In this document: positions 35,650 to 50,040 of the stretch, piece by piece | How positions within the stretch are numbered: position 1 is the first letter of the stretch | Layout of the letters: each line of letters opens with the position of its first letter | Notes under the pieces: model-generated | Databases searched by the model: none | Told to the model about the DNA's origin: nothing | What the model saw: only the letters and a program-made list of their open reading frames with translations | Position numbers and translations under genes: made by a program | From: Takakia lepidozioides | Taxonomy: Eukaryota > Plantae > Bryophyta | Direction of reading: 5' to 3' | NCBI GenBank assembly: GCA_030704615.1 | Contig: CM060732.1 | Location: 54,002,001-54,066,000, forward strand | Length of the DNA: 64,000 nucleotides

Positions 35650-38600
35650 TTACACTTGTATTGTAGCATATCGCTCAGTGGCTCCATCACCTTTGTGCTT
35701 CTGGAATTGGATGTAACGCAAGGTGCTGGCCCAAAATGCATCCACCTGTGGGTCATGTGCAGTGTTTTCACTCTGCATTTCGGTAGCAATCAGCTCGAGC
35801 AGCCCCTGGATCACAGTGCTGGTCACTTGCGCATTTCCCTTCTCAAAGTAGTACAAATACCTGATGTTTGCCCATCCCCAAAGACATAATCCAGCAGTCT
35901 TTAGGTGGTTGAACTTCAGCAGTTGCAACACGACATTAATTTTCACCTGATGAACCATGATCCACGCCTGGATTCGCTTTGGATTGAGCAAAACCAAAGA
36001 AGCTGACTAGCAACTCCAAGTAACCAAATTTTACATTGTCAACCAGAAAAAGGGAGGCAAATAACCCTGAAGACTAATGACTGAGTAGCAACACTAACAC
36101 ACAAGAGAGGCAGGTTTGATGCCTTACTTGTTCAGAATTTCGACAAAAAGGGTCATTGGACCATTACTACCCCTGGTCGCACTTGACATCTGCTGAGCAG
36201 CATTGGCAATCCTCAATGCGCGCTTCAGACACAATAGAACCCTGCCATCGACCACTCCATGACGTGTCAGTATTTCGATTGCCCAGTACCACCAGCAGCT
36301 GTCGTTAGTACCCATCAGATAATTCCTGGAACTACCTGGTGACTGGAACACAAATGATAAGAACTGCTCCTTGCAGGCCGTGTGAGTCACTGGGAATCAG
36401 CAGTAGGCTTGGGACCACGCAACAATGATAAATGGAGGGAAACTGAGAAATGAAAAAGAACCTGTGTGATAAGCTACCGAACCCTGATCTCAAAAGATCG
36501 GAGGATACATACCTTTCCCCATCCCTCGAGCCAGCACCTCCATCATCGACCCAGAAAAGGTGGGAGCAGGCAAATACAGCTCGACATTGATCGGGTTTCT
36601 TCAACAGCTTAGCTGAATACTGTTCCCTCCCACCCTCTCCCGGTCACCTCCCATTACACCAACCAACTATAAATACTCATTGACATGCGGCAATAAGTTC
36701 AGTCTCAAAACTTACCCCTGTGGCCTTGTGTGTAAGCGTGTCCCTGTTTTCAACTCCAAAGACCTGTGTTCTCTGCAAAGTGCCAATGATGAGTTGGAGG
36801 GCAGTTACTTGGGCCTTCGAATCCTGCACCATCCATCACAAAGTACAGAATGAGCACCTTTTTCCCCCCAAAGCCATCCCAATAATATGTCAAACCAGGC
36901 AGCTTGGAAAATAGCAACTCTCAATGTCACCAATGCTAGTGGACCCCACCACCAGGTGACCTATTATACCACTCACCGCAATTTCTTCTTCATACAGCAT
37001 AAAAGCTTGTGTGAAAAATTCATACGCCACTGGCTCCAGTGAGCAGTCCCCTGCAGCCTGCAGTAATTGGCACCCACAGTTACTTCTGTTGCAGTAGGAT
37101 CCATATACATGTAACCATGCAATTCTTTCAGAGGTTACCAAGCTGTCGATCCCTTCTGTGCCTCGTTTGGAGGAAGGAGGGGACCGGGAGAACAGAACAG
37201 CAAACTGGGGCAACTCTATTGCAGAAGGCTTCCTTCAGTAGTGGGACTCCCAACTCTAAAAATAAAGATGTACTAAAAAAACATTCTTAAGAAGGTTCAG
37301 AGAGAGAGAGAGAGAGCGAGAGAGAGAAGGAACAAAAATGAAAATACCTCCATAGCATACAGAAAGCCCACATCAATGGCAGAGAGAGGAGAATGATAAA
37401 AAAGAAAGGATAAAAGGAAATATGTCCATGGGACACACTAGAGCTATAGGAGAGTGCCAAAACATCCCAGACAGCTTATGGGGACAGAGAGTCAATGCTC
37501 ACAAAGATAGGTGGGGCGATACCTCGGCACATTGCAGGTACAAGCGCAATGAGAGTTCTGGAGCTGATACTGTTGAAAGTGCCTCCACCATCTGGTACAA
37601 AACAATAACATGTTACCATTTGGCTTCATGACAGAGTAGTCCTAAAGAAAGAACCACCATTATAAGGAATCAGAATATCCAGCACTCTGACATCTCCCAA
37701 CAGAAAAACAACAAAAGGTCCCAGACGCAGTGCACACCTGATGCAAAAATTGGAACACCTTCTTCAGGGTCACAGACCCTTCCTCGGGCTCTTCCTGACC
37801 CTGCAAGGATCGCACCAGCTGCATCCAACCCAATGACACTTTCAAGTTGCTCAATCAAACATCCAATGTTCTAGGCCTCGCCAATCCTGGATGTTCCAAT
37901 AGTTACGATAGTGCAGTAAAACCGAGGATTTATCCTTACAAGATCATTTAGTTAGTACCTTGAGGGCAGCAAATATGAGTGGAGGCAGCGTATATTGCAG
38001 TCGTTGGGGACCTCCTTGACCAAAGTGCTTCCTTGCCACTGTTAGAATCTGCCAAAAACACTCATGGAAGCTTACAAGTTACCATCCTGTACCCTGACTG
38101 GGCACCTTCCGTCTAAACTATGCTCACTCTCTGGTCAAACGATTGAGAACCAGTATCTGATATTCACTTGATAAACCCCACTGTCTAGCCTGTAAACAAC
38201 CACAGTACCTCTCATCTTTCCAAAATGGTGCAGCTACCTAACCAATATGGCACAGTCAGCCTTTCCCCAGTCCCACTAGGTGTGCCCTTAAGCTAGGTGT
38301 TTGCTACCATGGTGGTAAAGTAGCTTAAATTTTACACTTTTATGCCATTACCACTCACTGGCAATGAAATTGACTTCCGGAGTTGTCTCACCTGAAACAT
38401 CTGCTCGTGATCGTCATTCACCAACATATGTACCAACCGCGCCACCAGGTTTTGTTCTTCTTTGAAGTCGTCTTCATCCAACTACCACCCACATAATTAC
38501 ATGATCACTCTCCAACCTCCCGAGCCAGTGACACAGTATGCATGGTTTTTGGGACCAATGACCAATGGACTGGCCACGTAACATGACTAGAATCGCAGTA

Positions 38601-41600
38601 GTCGCACATAGTCACACATCTCTTGGACTGCAGTCAGGGAAGCTACGGAAGAGCTGAATTGCTTGACTTCATATTAACCTTCAGAGATTACCTCATCCAA
38701 CGGTGGAACCCCTTCACTGTCCTGAATGAGCTCTTTTAATAGCTCAAAAAGGGCATCAACCTGGCAACAACAAAGTAACCACCTCACATGTCAGCCACCA
38801 GCCCTTCCAAAACTGAAAGAATGATAAATCTTTGAGACAGATGATGCGAAAAACAGTTGTACCTTGTCAGCAGCGGTGATCAATGTCGAGTTGGTAAGGA
38901 CAGATTGGATGAGGACCACAGCCATGACTTTATTGGTGTCGTAATCCAGGTGCTCCATCACCCGTGCATAATTGCTCAGCTTTAGCACTACCACCACATC
39001 CTTGTACTTGTCTAATGGGGCACTGAGAAGAGCCACTATTTGCTTTGTTGCCTTGCTGTCCTTCACCTTCCCCTTCCCTTCCAGATTCTTCACACAAGCT
39101 CCCTGCAAGGTAGGCAAGGATGAAGTGACAAAACTGCAAATCATTTATGTACTCAATGGATGAGGAGACAGCTCTCAGTGCACAAAGTTGGCAGGCACAT
39201 TTGTGGGCTTGCCAAGGATGTGACTGAGGTTTTTGATTCATACAGTAATCCCCTTCTTTCTTGCAAACAGTGAAGACAATATTTAAAAACAAAGATATTC
39301 AACAGCCTCAGACATACCAGCACTTGGTCAACGTAGTCAAGCCGGTCCACATGCACACGTAGGACAAATGTAAGAAGTGCCACATGAAGACTAACAGCCC
39401 CAACCAACGGCATCTCTGGCTGTGCCTCTATAACCTGCCAAGCATCGCACTCTATTTAGTTGCACATTTGCAAAAAGGCTGGCCACCCTGTGACATGGCT
39501 CCTGGTATCCTGTGCTAGTCACAACAAGGAGATAAAATAACCTTTGCGGTCCTCCGACATGGGGAGCTTGAAACATGCACTTGCCCACGAAAAGCAAACA
39601 AAAGCTGTCAACATCAAGAGCAGTGCCAGAGCAAACGAGAGGAGAAGGTAAGTACCTACCTTTACAACAGCATGGCTGAACTTCGTAAATGCTTCGACAT
39701 GCAGGAACTCGGGTAACACCTGTGACCCATCCCCATCTGCATTAGACAAAGTACCCTCATGTATTGTGACGAGGCCTACCCTGCAAAGATGAAGGTGCAT
39801 ACCCACATACCTCAGGTGAGGCTGCAGCATATTTAGAGAGGCGCTCCATCAACTGGGACATCACTGTCTTTATATCCACTGTCGGCTGCATGCATTGCCA
39901 GTAGCCATGTGAGCCCATACTCACAAGCAGCTAGACGCCACCAAAAAGCAAATCGGGAGCAACGAAGGGGAGCTGCAGACCTGCAATTGTGGGCAGGCGC
40001 TGAGAAGAGTTTCCAATGTCTGAAGATGGAAGTCATCAGGGAAGACCTGTATGATACAGTCCATCAAGTAATATTGCGCAATCTCGTCCTTACAGTTCAC
40101 AACCTGTTTCCCCAAGCCAACCCATGGACAGAAAGAGGTGATGGCTCAGCTTGGCACTGGCTCCCTCAACACCTGACGTGGTCTTCCAGCAAACTGAATT
40201 ATCAAGATTTTCCACACGGACCGATGTGGTTTAAACGGTAGTAACAAACTTTGTTGACACTGAACACCCAGCCTTTGATTCTTTGTCCCCACACTTCACC
40301 TGTTCAAGAACTCGGGGCAGCACGACATCCTTGTACATCTCCAAATCCACCCCCTCCAGTTGACTTAGAACATGCAAATTTTTTCCCACCTGTCAAGCGC
40401 ATCAACAGAGAATCTTATCACAGAGACTGCAGCAAACACCCCCTATTTTGGGTCAAGCCCTCAATCAACCCACAGCTCCCTTGCTGCCCCATGTAGATGC
40501 TAAATGTAAGTACAGAGACAGTGACACACAGTTACTACTACCACTCCACTTCCGCAACCATGCCATCACAGCACAAAGAGCTAGTGATGGCAAGCACAAC
40601 CAAAACCCATCTACAGAAAGCTCTGCGCTGACCCAAGAAAGCCTATGCAGAGGGTTACCCTATTGTCTGATCTCTACTTGAAGAAAGCGATAAGTCGTAC
40701 TGACCAGGTCACGGAGCTCACTCCTTTCCTTCTCCCGCTTTTCCTTCTCCCGAGCAGGCCCCTGTAGACACGAAAAGCGGCAGACATTGTCAAATCTCAT
40801 CCTGTGTTTCTTTCCTATGTCAACTTGATTCAAGCAGTGCTCCCCTCTGAAAGAAAATTGCAAGATATCATCCTCTTCATAGAGTGTCTACAATCTGCAG
40901 ATGCTAGCCAACAGATGCTGACCTGATGTTGCATTCGCACCCATAGCTTGTTCATCTCTGTGAAATTTTGAAGCACAAATTCCACTGCATCCATCACATT
41001 GCCTCCCTCCCTAAAAGACACATCATTGTGAAGTTCAAGAGGGCCTGATGTGAGCCTCATGGATACATTTCCTCCATTCCACACCTAAATTCAAATCTTG
41101 TGCCAATCACATGCTCTGCTACCATCCCATAGACCAATTCCCAGAAATCATCAAATCTATGGTGAAATTGTCACTGAGGGAGATGGAGCTATGCCTGTAT
41201 TTGTCCACTACATGCAGTCATGCATACAGCACCAACACAGCAGCATAAGTGCTATGTCGAGAAGAAGTATCCCCTCTAGCCACCATCCATCCAGATTGTG
41301 AAAGGTGGCTGTGTTCTATTCAAAGCCGAAGCACCAAAGTGTTAACTGACAACCCCTGGGCCTGCTTTAACACACCCTTGATCAAGTTAATATGGACCAC
41401 ACGAATGTGACGTACCCTTCATAAGGAGATCCAACATCTGGCAGTTTGTCCCGGCTGATTTGGGAGAGATAGCTGCGCAAGAAGAGCCCTCGGATGGGAT
41501 GTTGGACACCACGGCTCATCTCCACTAGGTCCTTCAGGACATCCTTCGCAGGTGCCTCCTTTGATTTTATGTACACCGACCCAACTGTACAGAGCAAATA

Positions 41601-42838
41601 CCTACACCCTCCCACCCACCCATTTTAGCAGCATGAAATAGCCAAACCAACCTTCCTAAATAATATATATCAAACCATCAAACAAACAAGTAGACAACCA
41701 TGGCAGTAGGAAACCCCAGACTTACAATCGAGGCAGTATGTTGCCAGCATGTTGAACTAGCTCATACAAATCTGCATTGGTGCGGCCTCGCTTGCTCTCC
41801 TCTTTGAAGAAAACTTCCAACTGCCGCAACTCGTCGAATGTTCTCATATCTGGCTCATGGTCAAGGTGCTGATTCTGCAGAGTTGAACAAGCCTCGCAGT
41901 GCACAGTATCACATGACAAATCAAAGTGAGTCCGACCTAAGTTGGTAACCTAAATTGGATACAGAGTTCATAGTACTTCTGCGGAGACAATTTGGAGGTC
42001 CTGAGCTCTGACAGCATCTGCGCAGAGTACTTGAGTGCATCCCGCAGGTTGTTGGCATCCTGCACAACAACAAGATCTGAGAGTCCACAATTGGGATGAT
42101 TATCATTGCATCCCTCTCTGTATCGCTGACTCAACATCAAACCTAATTTTGAAGTTACAAGAAAGACCTTTGTTCTCGGTGCAACTAACTGAGCTGTGTG
42201 ACAAGAAGGGACATCAAGAAGCTTTGTACACCACTGAACCAGCGCAGTCCCTCCCTTCAACGTCATCACCCCCTAGTCCTGATTATTGCAGCACACGCTA
42301 TATCATCTTCACACTTTTGGCAAGCGATCTAACTGTCTATTGCAAAAGACGTATGCAAAATGAGCGCCAATGAGAGCCACTCCTTGCACATTCCATAAAG
42401 GACCAGCCTACGCATTTGAAATAGGATGGGAACCCCGGCTATTAGCAGCAGAGAATGACATGAAGCAGATGATTCACGTTGTTGATGAGACACCCAATTC
42501 GGTAGCAGCAGGTACTTACACGAATTTTGTAGAACACAAAGTTGCGTTCATCTGACAATACAACCGAGTTGCGAGTGGCCACAAGCGAAGCACGAAAATT
42601 GACCAGAGCAGAAAGAGACAGGAACGTATATAAGGACAACATCCGCGAGTGGCTGGGTGAGCTAACCAAGCTGAGCCTAAATAAGCAAACCAAACAAGGA
42701 GTGATGAGCCTAGAAGATCACACCCACCAGGGCGCGATGCATGTAGAAAGCATGGTGCTGGACCAGGGCCATGGCGTCCGCCAGCCATTTCTCCTGCTCC
42801 TCCCCGCTTGAGACCACATCCTGCTCTTGACCTTGCAT
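35650..42838 (-). CDS. VPS35: Retromer subunit VPS35, ~20 exons
   Basis: [37 protein letters not shown]; [32 protein letters not shown]; [22 protein letters not shown] (PRLYL motif); [15 protein letters not shown]; [15 protein letters not shown]; KKPDQCRAV; [12 protein letters not shown]; ends YATIQV*. Confidence 0.97.
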
Positions 42839-43397
42839 GCCACTTCTTCTACGTGTGTGCGCCCAGGAGTGTTTGATTGTATATCTGCGTGCAAGTCACT
42901 CCATCCAAGGTTTTGCAGATTGTTCAAAACCCAGAAATCTCTTCAGACTCTCCCAGCTCCTGCTCTTCTACACTTGATCAGTGCTGAGACGACGAGTTTG
43001 TGAACGGATGCTAAACCCTATTAGTTCACGTTTATGTTCTTAATCAAGTTTCCATGTCTCTGGTATTACACCTGATTAGCAAGCTAATTATGTTTTAGAC
43101 CTTGGCTAATTTTTACGGACTTCATCCAATCATCAGATCTCAGAAGTCCACCCATCTTTGCGTCCGTGGCACATGCACTCGGACCCGCAAATTTCTGGGA
43201 TTGATACTTACGTGGAAGGATGCAAGAGGAAACCCAGTATTTCGATGTGAAAATTTCAAGTGAGGGAGCTTGCAGTGTAATTTGATACATGAAAGAGGAA
43301 TCCATGTCGGGGCAGATTCGCTCTGTGAATTCGGAGTGAAGGAGTTCACTGAATGATGAATGGATGCACGGGTGGGAGGGACAGATCAGAGCGCGCC

Positions 43398-43908
43398 ATG
43401 GCGGGTAGCAGTGTAGCGCAGATACAGATTTGCAAGCGCTGCAAGAGCACATTCACGGCCACACACAACACCTCCGCTGCTTGCAGGTTCCACCCGGCTT
43501 TTTTTGTGTCTCGGCGCCATGACGACCAGAAGAGGTTTGTGCCATCTGTTTTGTTTGCATGATGAGGGTTGCTGTCGTTCATAAGTTTCGAGACCGTCCT
43601 TCTAGAAGTTGATGAAGCAGAATTTGGTGAAGAAGTTGGTATTGTATCTAACGTCCTAATAAAATGTTGGTTTGATTGTCCTTCAGAGGATCAAACCCTG
43701 CCATGTGTGCTAGATACAATTGGAATATAGATCAATTAGTGGACACTCACTAGAATCCATGGTTTATGAAATGTGGAGAAGGTACTACGAGCTGGGCCCA
43801 GATGACCCCCCCTATGCGGCAAAATTCTATGACTGCTGTGGTGCAGAGGATCCCCAAGCTGAAGGGTGCACCACCTCTCTCCATGTTTCTTACGATGACA
43901 AGTCTTAA
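43398..43908 (+). CDS. Small Cys/His-rich (CHORD-like zinc-binding) plant protein. Exons 43398-43534 and 43782-43908
   Basis: ICKRCKSTFTATHNTSAACRFHP...DDQKR|YYELGPDDPPYAAKFYDCCGAEDPQAEGCTTSLHVSYDD. One phase-2 GT-AG intron. Pattern CxxC..CRFHP..CC..GC...H. Confidence 0.88.
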
Positions 43909-45399
43909 CCTTTTCTTGGATAAAAGGAGAGCCTAGGTGTCTTTGAGATGTTGGTGTGTGTTAGAATCAAGCCTTTGATTTCTTTGGTTCGCCCACTTCA
44001 ATTAGGCCTAACTTAGGTCTTCTGAGTCATGGAAATGAAGAGTTCTCTTCTCCTCTGCTTAAGGAAGATTTGCAAAAATCAGAGGGAAATTTATCTGAAG
44101 AAGTGTTTTGAGAAGAGGATAGTAGCAAGAGAAGATTTGCTGATAAGGAAAGCAAGGAGGAAAAGAAAAGTAAGTAGGCAGAAAGTCAGATGTTTCTGAT
44201 GACCATTTGAAGGCCTTGCGAAACAGGAGTCATCTGTCCAGGCATTTCATAACTACAATGTCTTGTTCCCTGTTATTGACAAGATGCGGCTGGATACTAC
44301 AGAGGATCCATCACAGTTTGTGGTTGATGTGGATTGGAAATTTCTTCATGCCCTCAGAGATTGGGTCCTGAACTGTTGTACCTAGTGCAATCATTGATTT
44401 CATGACGTCTCCTGGTCAAGGAGCATGTCGCTTGAACATGTTACCGAAGTTAAGTAAGGTAAGTGTAGTCACCACATGCCAGTGACCACACTTGAAAGAA
44501 CATGAGGGTTGGAATTCCTTCGTGCAAAGGCAGTATGGTCAATATCATTTTGGTGTACGGCTGAGATCTTACAAACAATAAACTTGTACACACATGTGAT
44601 ATTCTCCCTGTTCCTCCTTACTTCTCACACACAGATTTGCCCATGTCAATGGTGACTTGTGCAAGATTTGTCCTGGTTTCAGTTTGATTTGGATTTTACG
44701 TGTACTTCCAAACAAGGGACCTTGAATCAAACATTTCCAAGTGTCTAGGCATTTCAGCCCTGAACTTTTTACTTGCATGCGGTGTTTTGAGCAATATAGC
44801 TTGCTTTCCTTGCAACCAGGAATGTATGCTTTAGTAGAAGTTGCATAGATGCTTGAACTTTGCACCGGTGATAGAGCATTGTAGGTTGGTACTTTCAACT
44901 TGCAGTATCCACAAAAGCCATGAGTGACAGGCCATTTGAACAGGAATGAAGGAAGCCTTTTGTCACATGGGAATAGGTTGTGTGTGTGAGGGTTTTCAGA
45001 GGCGAGATACCATGCTTTTTACCCCTTTGAAAATGGGGAAGTTGGGACAGATGCAGGACTTGGACCTTTCACAGTACTGGATAGATGAGCAGGCTTCAGG
45101 TTTGATTTACAGCAAGCAAAGAAACCACATCAATACATAGTAGATTTGGATTTTCTACAATCTTGTTGCTTAAACACAAGATTGTATATGTACCTCCACT
45201 GAATTCCTGAGCTCTTTTTTGGCTGCAACAAAGCACGAATGAGGCAAGTTCTTAGCTAGAAAGCAGGGTTAAGTACGTTCTCTTTCTCTTCAGTGGGGCC
45301 AAGGACTCCCACTTCAGCTGAGAGTTGAATAAGACATATCTCAACTTGATGACCCGGCGAGCAGGAGGCCCCTACTCCTTCTGAGCACCTGAAATAAGT

Positions 45400-45925
45400 C
45401 ATCATCCATTTCTGGCTCCTCGTGCTGGGAAAAGGTCCATCTTGAGACCCTTCTGGCTTTGAAATGTTTTCAATCCCACAGGTCCCACATACAGTTTGGA
45501 AGTATACTTTAACCTCTGGTCGGGTCCATTGGGAACTGATTCGTAAGGTTGTTGAGAAGCATACTTTCGATGCGCTCGCTGCCTCCGATGATGACTCTCA
45601 CAATCGTGAGGGTCTCTGTGTCCACAGGGCGCAACCAGGAAATTGAAACTGAACACTTCTTCTTCTATTGCCCTCTATACTATGAGATCCGCGGGAGATT
45701 CCATTGTCTATTCCATGGAACCCAATCTCTCACTGAAGTTTTTCACTATGAAGATCAGAAATGCTTGGCAGCTTACCTGCACGAGGCACTCACCCTTAGA
45801 CAATCACTCGAACAATAGTTCTTATCTCTATCTCTGGTTTCCTGTTTTTTCTCTCTCATGTTTTCTTCCATTTTGTAACTATGAGCTTTCCGCGGACGTT
45901 ATAAAGCACCATTTCGTCTCCGAAG
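45400..45925 (+). mobile_element. LINE 3' fragment
   Basis: ETEHFFFYCPLYYEIRGRFHCLF...AAYLHEALTLRQSLEQ* is a zinc-knuckle ORF2 end. Its 3' UTR is shared with the 12305-12470 and 10210-10340 fragments. Confidence 0.7.
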
Positions 45926-47539
45926 AGAAGTAATCCTTGCGACCATTGCAGCCGTCAAAACATAACTGCACAACCTGCATGGAGGTTCTTGTCATGAATA
46001 GCATGGATAATCCGCATTTCACTGCGCCTCTCATTTTACAATATTCGCGACGTTATGGCGCACATGCGGCCTGAGCGGTGGGCCCCACGCACAGACGCCT
46101 GGCTCCCCCACCCGAAAACCCCCGCCCCGCGGTCCCAAGCCGCGCCCACTCCCCCCACGGCACCTCCGCCCGCCCCCCGTCCGTTGCGGCCGGTCCGCTG
46201 TGCCAGTCCCCTCACGTCCACCCTGTCGGTCTGCCCGCCAGTCCGCTGCCCATGAGTCCGCTCCTCGCCAGTCTGCCGGCCAGTACGCTGGAGGCCAGCG
46301 CCAGTTCCCCAACTTCCAGTCCGCCGACGAGGCCCGATCTGGACCGTCCACTCCTAAATCCCATCTGAGCCCTCCATTTTTAGGGCCTAAACCCCTCGAC
46401 CAAATCCGGCATGTCTCTTGTGAGGGCTCTTTGTTGTCCGATGTTGCGGTAGGCATTTCCATTTTGTGCACAAGCAACGTTGATGATGATGAGGGTGTGC
46501 CTGAACATGGCAGGACTGTCGGGGCGGGCTCTACAGCCACCACTGTGCATATGCTTCCACTATTTTTGCCTTTTTGTTGTGCTTTAGGGAACCTTGGGCT
46601 TTCTGGTATGGCTGTATGTCATAAATATGCTATTGCCTTATCTGTCCTCCATATCGTCATCTGCTTCTGATCCCTCATGATACGCTTAATGCCTTCGTTT
46701 TGCATCAGTTCTGAGAGGCTTGACCCCTTCGTACTGTTGAGGGCGGAAATCGCGGAAGCATATGCACATGGGGGAGTGTATACATTGCAGATTTCGTATC
46801 GGACGGTGGGATTGTTTAGGGGACCAAGTAAAAAGGCTTGCAAGGAACGTGCACAAGTTGTGCAGGGGGATGCTAGAGTGTGAGCCTAGCCACGTGAGCC
46901 CAGGACACGTGGCATGATTTTGGGAAAGATGCGGCGTCTATTTCCATGGAAGATGATCCATTACCGCAGAAACACGTCTTCATCCATATTAACCCTGCAA
47001 CCCCAAACAGAAACCCTAACCCTTGTCGGCCTTAGGGACTCACCTCAACCCCGACAGTGAACCTCGCCATCCTGCCCCTGTGCATGATACTCCGCACTGA
47101 CATCATCCATGGGACCATCCATGCATGCAACATTCATCCACAGTGTACATCCAATCGGGGTTCATCCATCCAAAAACATTCATCCTCCATCCATCCAACC
47201 AAATATTGGTGTGATGGCATATGTCGAATGACTGTCTACTGGACTATGCACATATTCATCTCTGTTGAAAAACATTTATTGAATGCACACGATTGAATTG
47301 GAGAGCAATGTTTAGAAGGAAAACACTTCAAATTCGCAGGACACGGAGGAGAGAATGTTTCCCCTTTATCATATGATCTGGATCCTTCACAAAGCATCAT
47401 TTCTTCGGGTTCTCCATCAACTGAGTGCAGCTACGGCGTGAGCCTAGCCGCGTGAGCCCAGGGGTTTAGTGGAGGAAGAAGCAGGCCCCATACACGAGTC
47501 CTCTCTTTAGAGAGGGTCTTATTGTCGTGGAAGCAGTTA

Positions 47540-49250
47540 TAGCGCTTAAAAAAAGAGGTATAGAAAGAAAGGAATGGTCATTGTGAAATTTACTGAGGTT
47601 TTCTTATTGAAGAAGAGGTGAAAAAAAAAGGCTGGGTAAGTCATCATGATCTTACTTAGGGATTCTTGCATGAACAAGAGGCAAGAAAAATTTGGATGCT
47701 CATTGTCAAGCTATCTGACGTTTCTAGTATTTCATCCATGGTGGATGGATGATGGATGGATGAAATATTGAAGGAGAGGCTAAAAATAATAAGGATGGGC
47801 AAGAACAGGCCCCTTAATATGACCCCTCATTGTGAAACAGGCAATGGTTTTTGTTAATGTAGATGAGGTGAAAATTAAACAGATGGTCATTTTCAAGCTT
47901 ATTTAGGCTTTGTTTGTGAAGAAGATGTGTAACAAAATGAGCGGTTTATTGTGGAACTTGTTCAGGTTTATGTTATTGAAGATGAGGTGAAAAAAAAACA
48001 CATGGTCATTGTGATTGCTTATTTAGGGTGTCTTTGTGAAGAAGAGGTAAAAAAAAAACATTGAGCTATCCTTGTGAAACTTGTTTAGGATTCTGTTATT
48101 GAAGAAGAGGTGAAAAAAAAATCAGATGGTCATCATGAATGGTTATTTAGGGTTTGTTTGTGAAGAAGAGGTGAAAAAAAAAGTTAAGCTCTATCATTGT
48201 CAAACTTGTTTAGGTTTCTGTTATTGAAGAAGAGGTGAAAAAAGAAATCAGATGGTCATTATGAATGTTTATTTAGGGTTTGTTTGTGAAGAAGAGGTGA
48301 AAAAATTGAGCTCTCATTCTCAAACTTGTTAAGGTTTCTGTTATTGAAGAAGAGGTGAAAAAAAATATGAGATGGTCATCATGAATGCTTATTTAGGGTT
48401 TGTTTGTGAAGAAGAGGTGGGAAAAAAAGTTGAGCTCTATCATTGTCAAACTTCTTCAGGTTTTTGTTATTGAAGAAGAGGTGAAAAAAAAACTTGAGCT
48501 CTACCATTGTCAAACTTCTTCAGGTTTCTGTTATTGAAGAAGAGGTGAAAAAAAACCAGATGGTCATCATGAATGCTTATTTAGGGTTTGTTTGTGAAGA
48601 AGAGGTGAAAAAAATTGAGCTCTATCATTGTCAATCTTGTTCAGGTTTCTCTTGTTGAAAAAGAGGTGAAAAAAAAATCAGATGGTCATCATGAATAAAT
48701 TAGGGATTGTTTGTGAAGAAGAGGTGAAAAAAAACTTGAGCTCTATCATTGTCAAACTTCTTCAGGTTTATGTTATTGAAGAAGAGGTGAAAAAAAACCA
48801 GATGGTCATCATGAATGCTTATTTAGGGTTTGTTTGTGAAGAAGAGGTGAATAAAATTGAGCTCTATCATTGTCAATCTTGTTCAGATTTTTGTTGATGA
48901 CAAAGAGGTGAATAAAAAATCAGATGTCATCATGAATAAATTAGGGTTTGTTTGTGAAGAAGAGGTGAAAAAAAAACTTCAGCTCTATCATTGTCAACTT
49001 CTTCAGGTTTCTGTTATTGAAGAAGAGGTGAAAAAAAAATCATATGGTCATCATGAATGCTTATTTAGGGTTTGTTTGTATAGAGGACTGAGCTGTCATT
49101 GTGAAACTTTGTTCAGGTGCCTGTTATTCAAGAAGAAGTGGAAAAAAAAACAGATGATCATCATGAAGCTCATTTACGCAATGCTTCTGTAGAGGCTGTG
49201 AAAAAATAAAATGAGCTTTCATACTGACACTTGTCCATGTTTGGTAGGCC
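47540..49250. repeat. ~60-bp satellite with alternating A/B monomers (~120-bp dimer)
   Basis: GAAGAAGAGGTGAAAAAAA followed alternately by TCAGATGGTCATCATGAATGCTTATTTAGGGTTTGTTTGT or TTGAGCTCTATCATTGTCAAACTT.TTCAGGTTTCTGTTATT. Confidence 0.95.
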
Positions 49251-49489
49251 CTCGAACAAAAAAAAGGATTTATTTATTTATTTTATTTTTGGCCCGGGGC
49301 AATATTGGGGGTGGGGGCAGAAGTGGTGTGCGTTGACACACTCAATTTTAGAGGCTCGTTAACCAAACCCGATGAAAAAATAAACTACCTTGACATCGCC
49401 TGCTTGTCCAGATTTAAGAACTGTGTATACATGTTTTACAAACAAGGCAGCCCTTTCCGACATTGCGAAAAATCGCAACATATGCAACA

Positions 49490-50040
49490 CTACTCGATAT
49501 TGCCAATGTCTCGCTGCAAAAGTGTCCGTACCTCACCAGGACCTAGTGTCGCCTGGTGAATGATTTGGTCTCTTTTGGGATCACAATACATCCTGCGCAA
49601 AAAGATGTAGTAAAGATGCTTGCAGGGAACCCATTTCCCTCTCTTTCCTAGAGCTTCCTCACGCATGCACACAAAGTCGGGACAGGTACACCCCGGAAAA
49701 TTTCCCACCGTCACCTGATAGGCCCTGTCGTGCAAAACAAACCCAGATGTGACCAAAGTATAAACCTGTCCATACCCAGGTGAAGGTACTTCCATAGTTC
49801 CTGTTACTCGAGCCTGAAGTAGTCTGGCCGATTCCACCTTCGCATCGTGATCAGGCCCCGAAGCCACCCGATGCACTGTTTTGCCATTCCTTCTCGTGGG
49901 ATGCGAAGTATCGTCAGGAGGAGGCACCATAGCAGCAAGGCCACCAAAAGTCGACGCCACAGATCGGTGCAGACGAAAGCCGACGTCCTCCAACTTGCCA
50001 ATCTCCAGTTCGTCAATGATCATCCTGAAATCATGATCAT
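49490..50040 (-). CDS. SWIM zinc-finger ORF, N-terminally truncated, transposon-borne
   Basis: YQVTVGNFPGCTCPDF...KRGKWVPCKHLYYIF gives the CxC...CxH SWIM signature. The frame is open to a stop at 49490; the 5' end abuts a palindromic repeat. Confidence 0.75.

Noticed and set aside
46031-46670. GC-rich ORFs on both strands
   Set aside because: They lie in the transposon's inverted repeat; GC richness explains the lack of stops.
48682-49192. Repetitive EEEVKK ORFs
   Set aside because: Frames are broken repeatedly by variable A-runs of the satellite.
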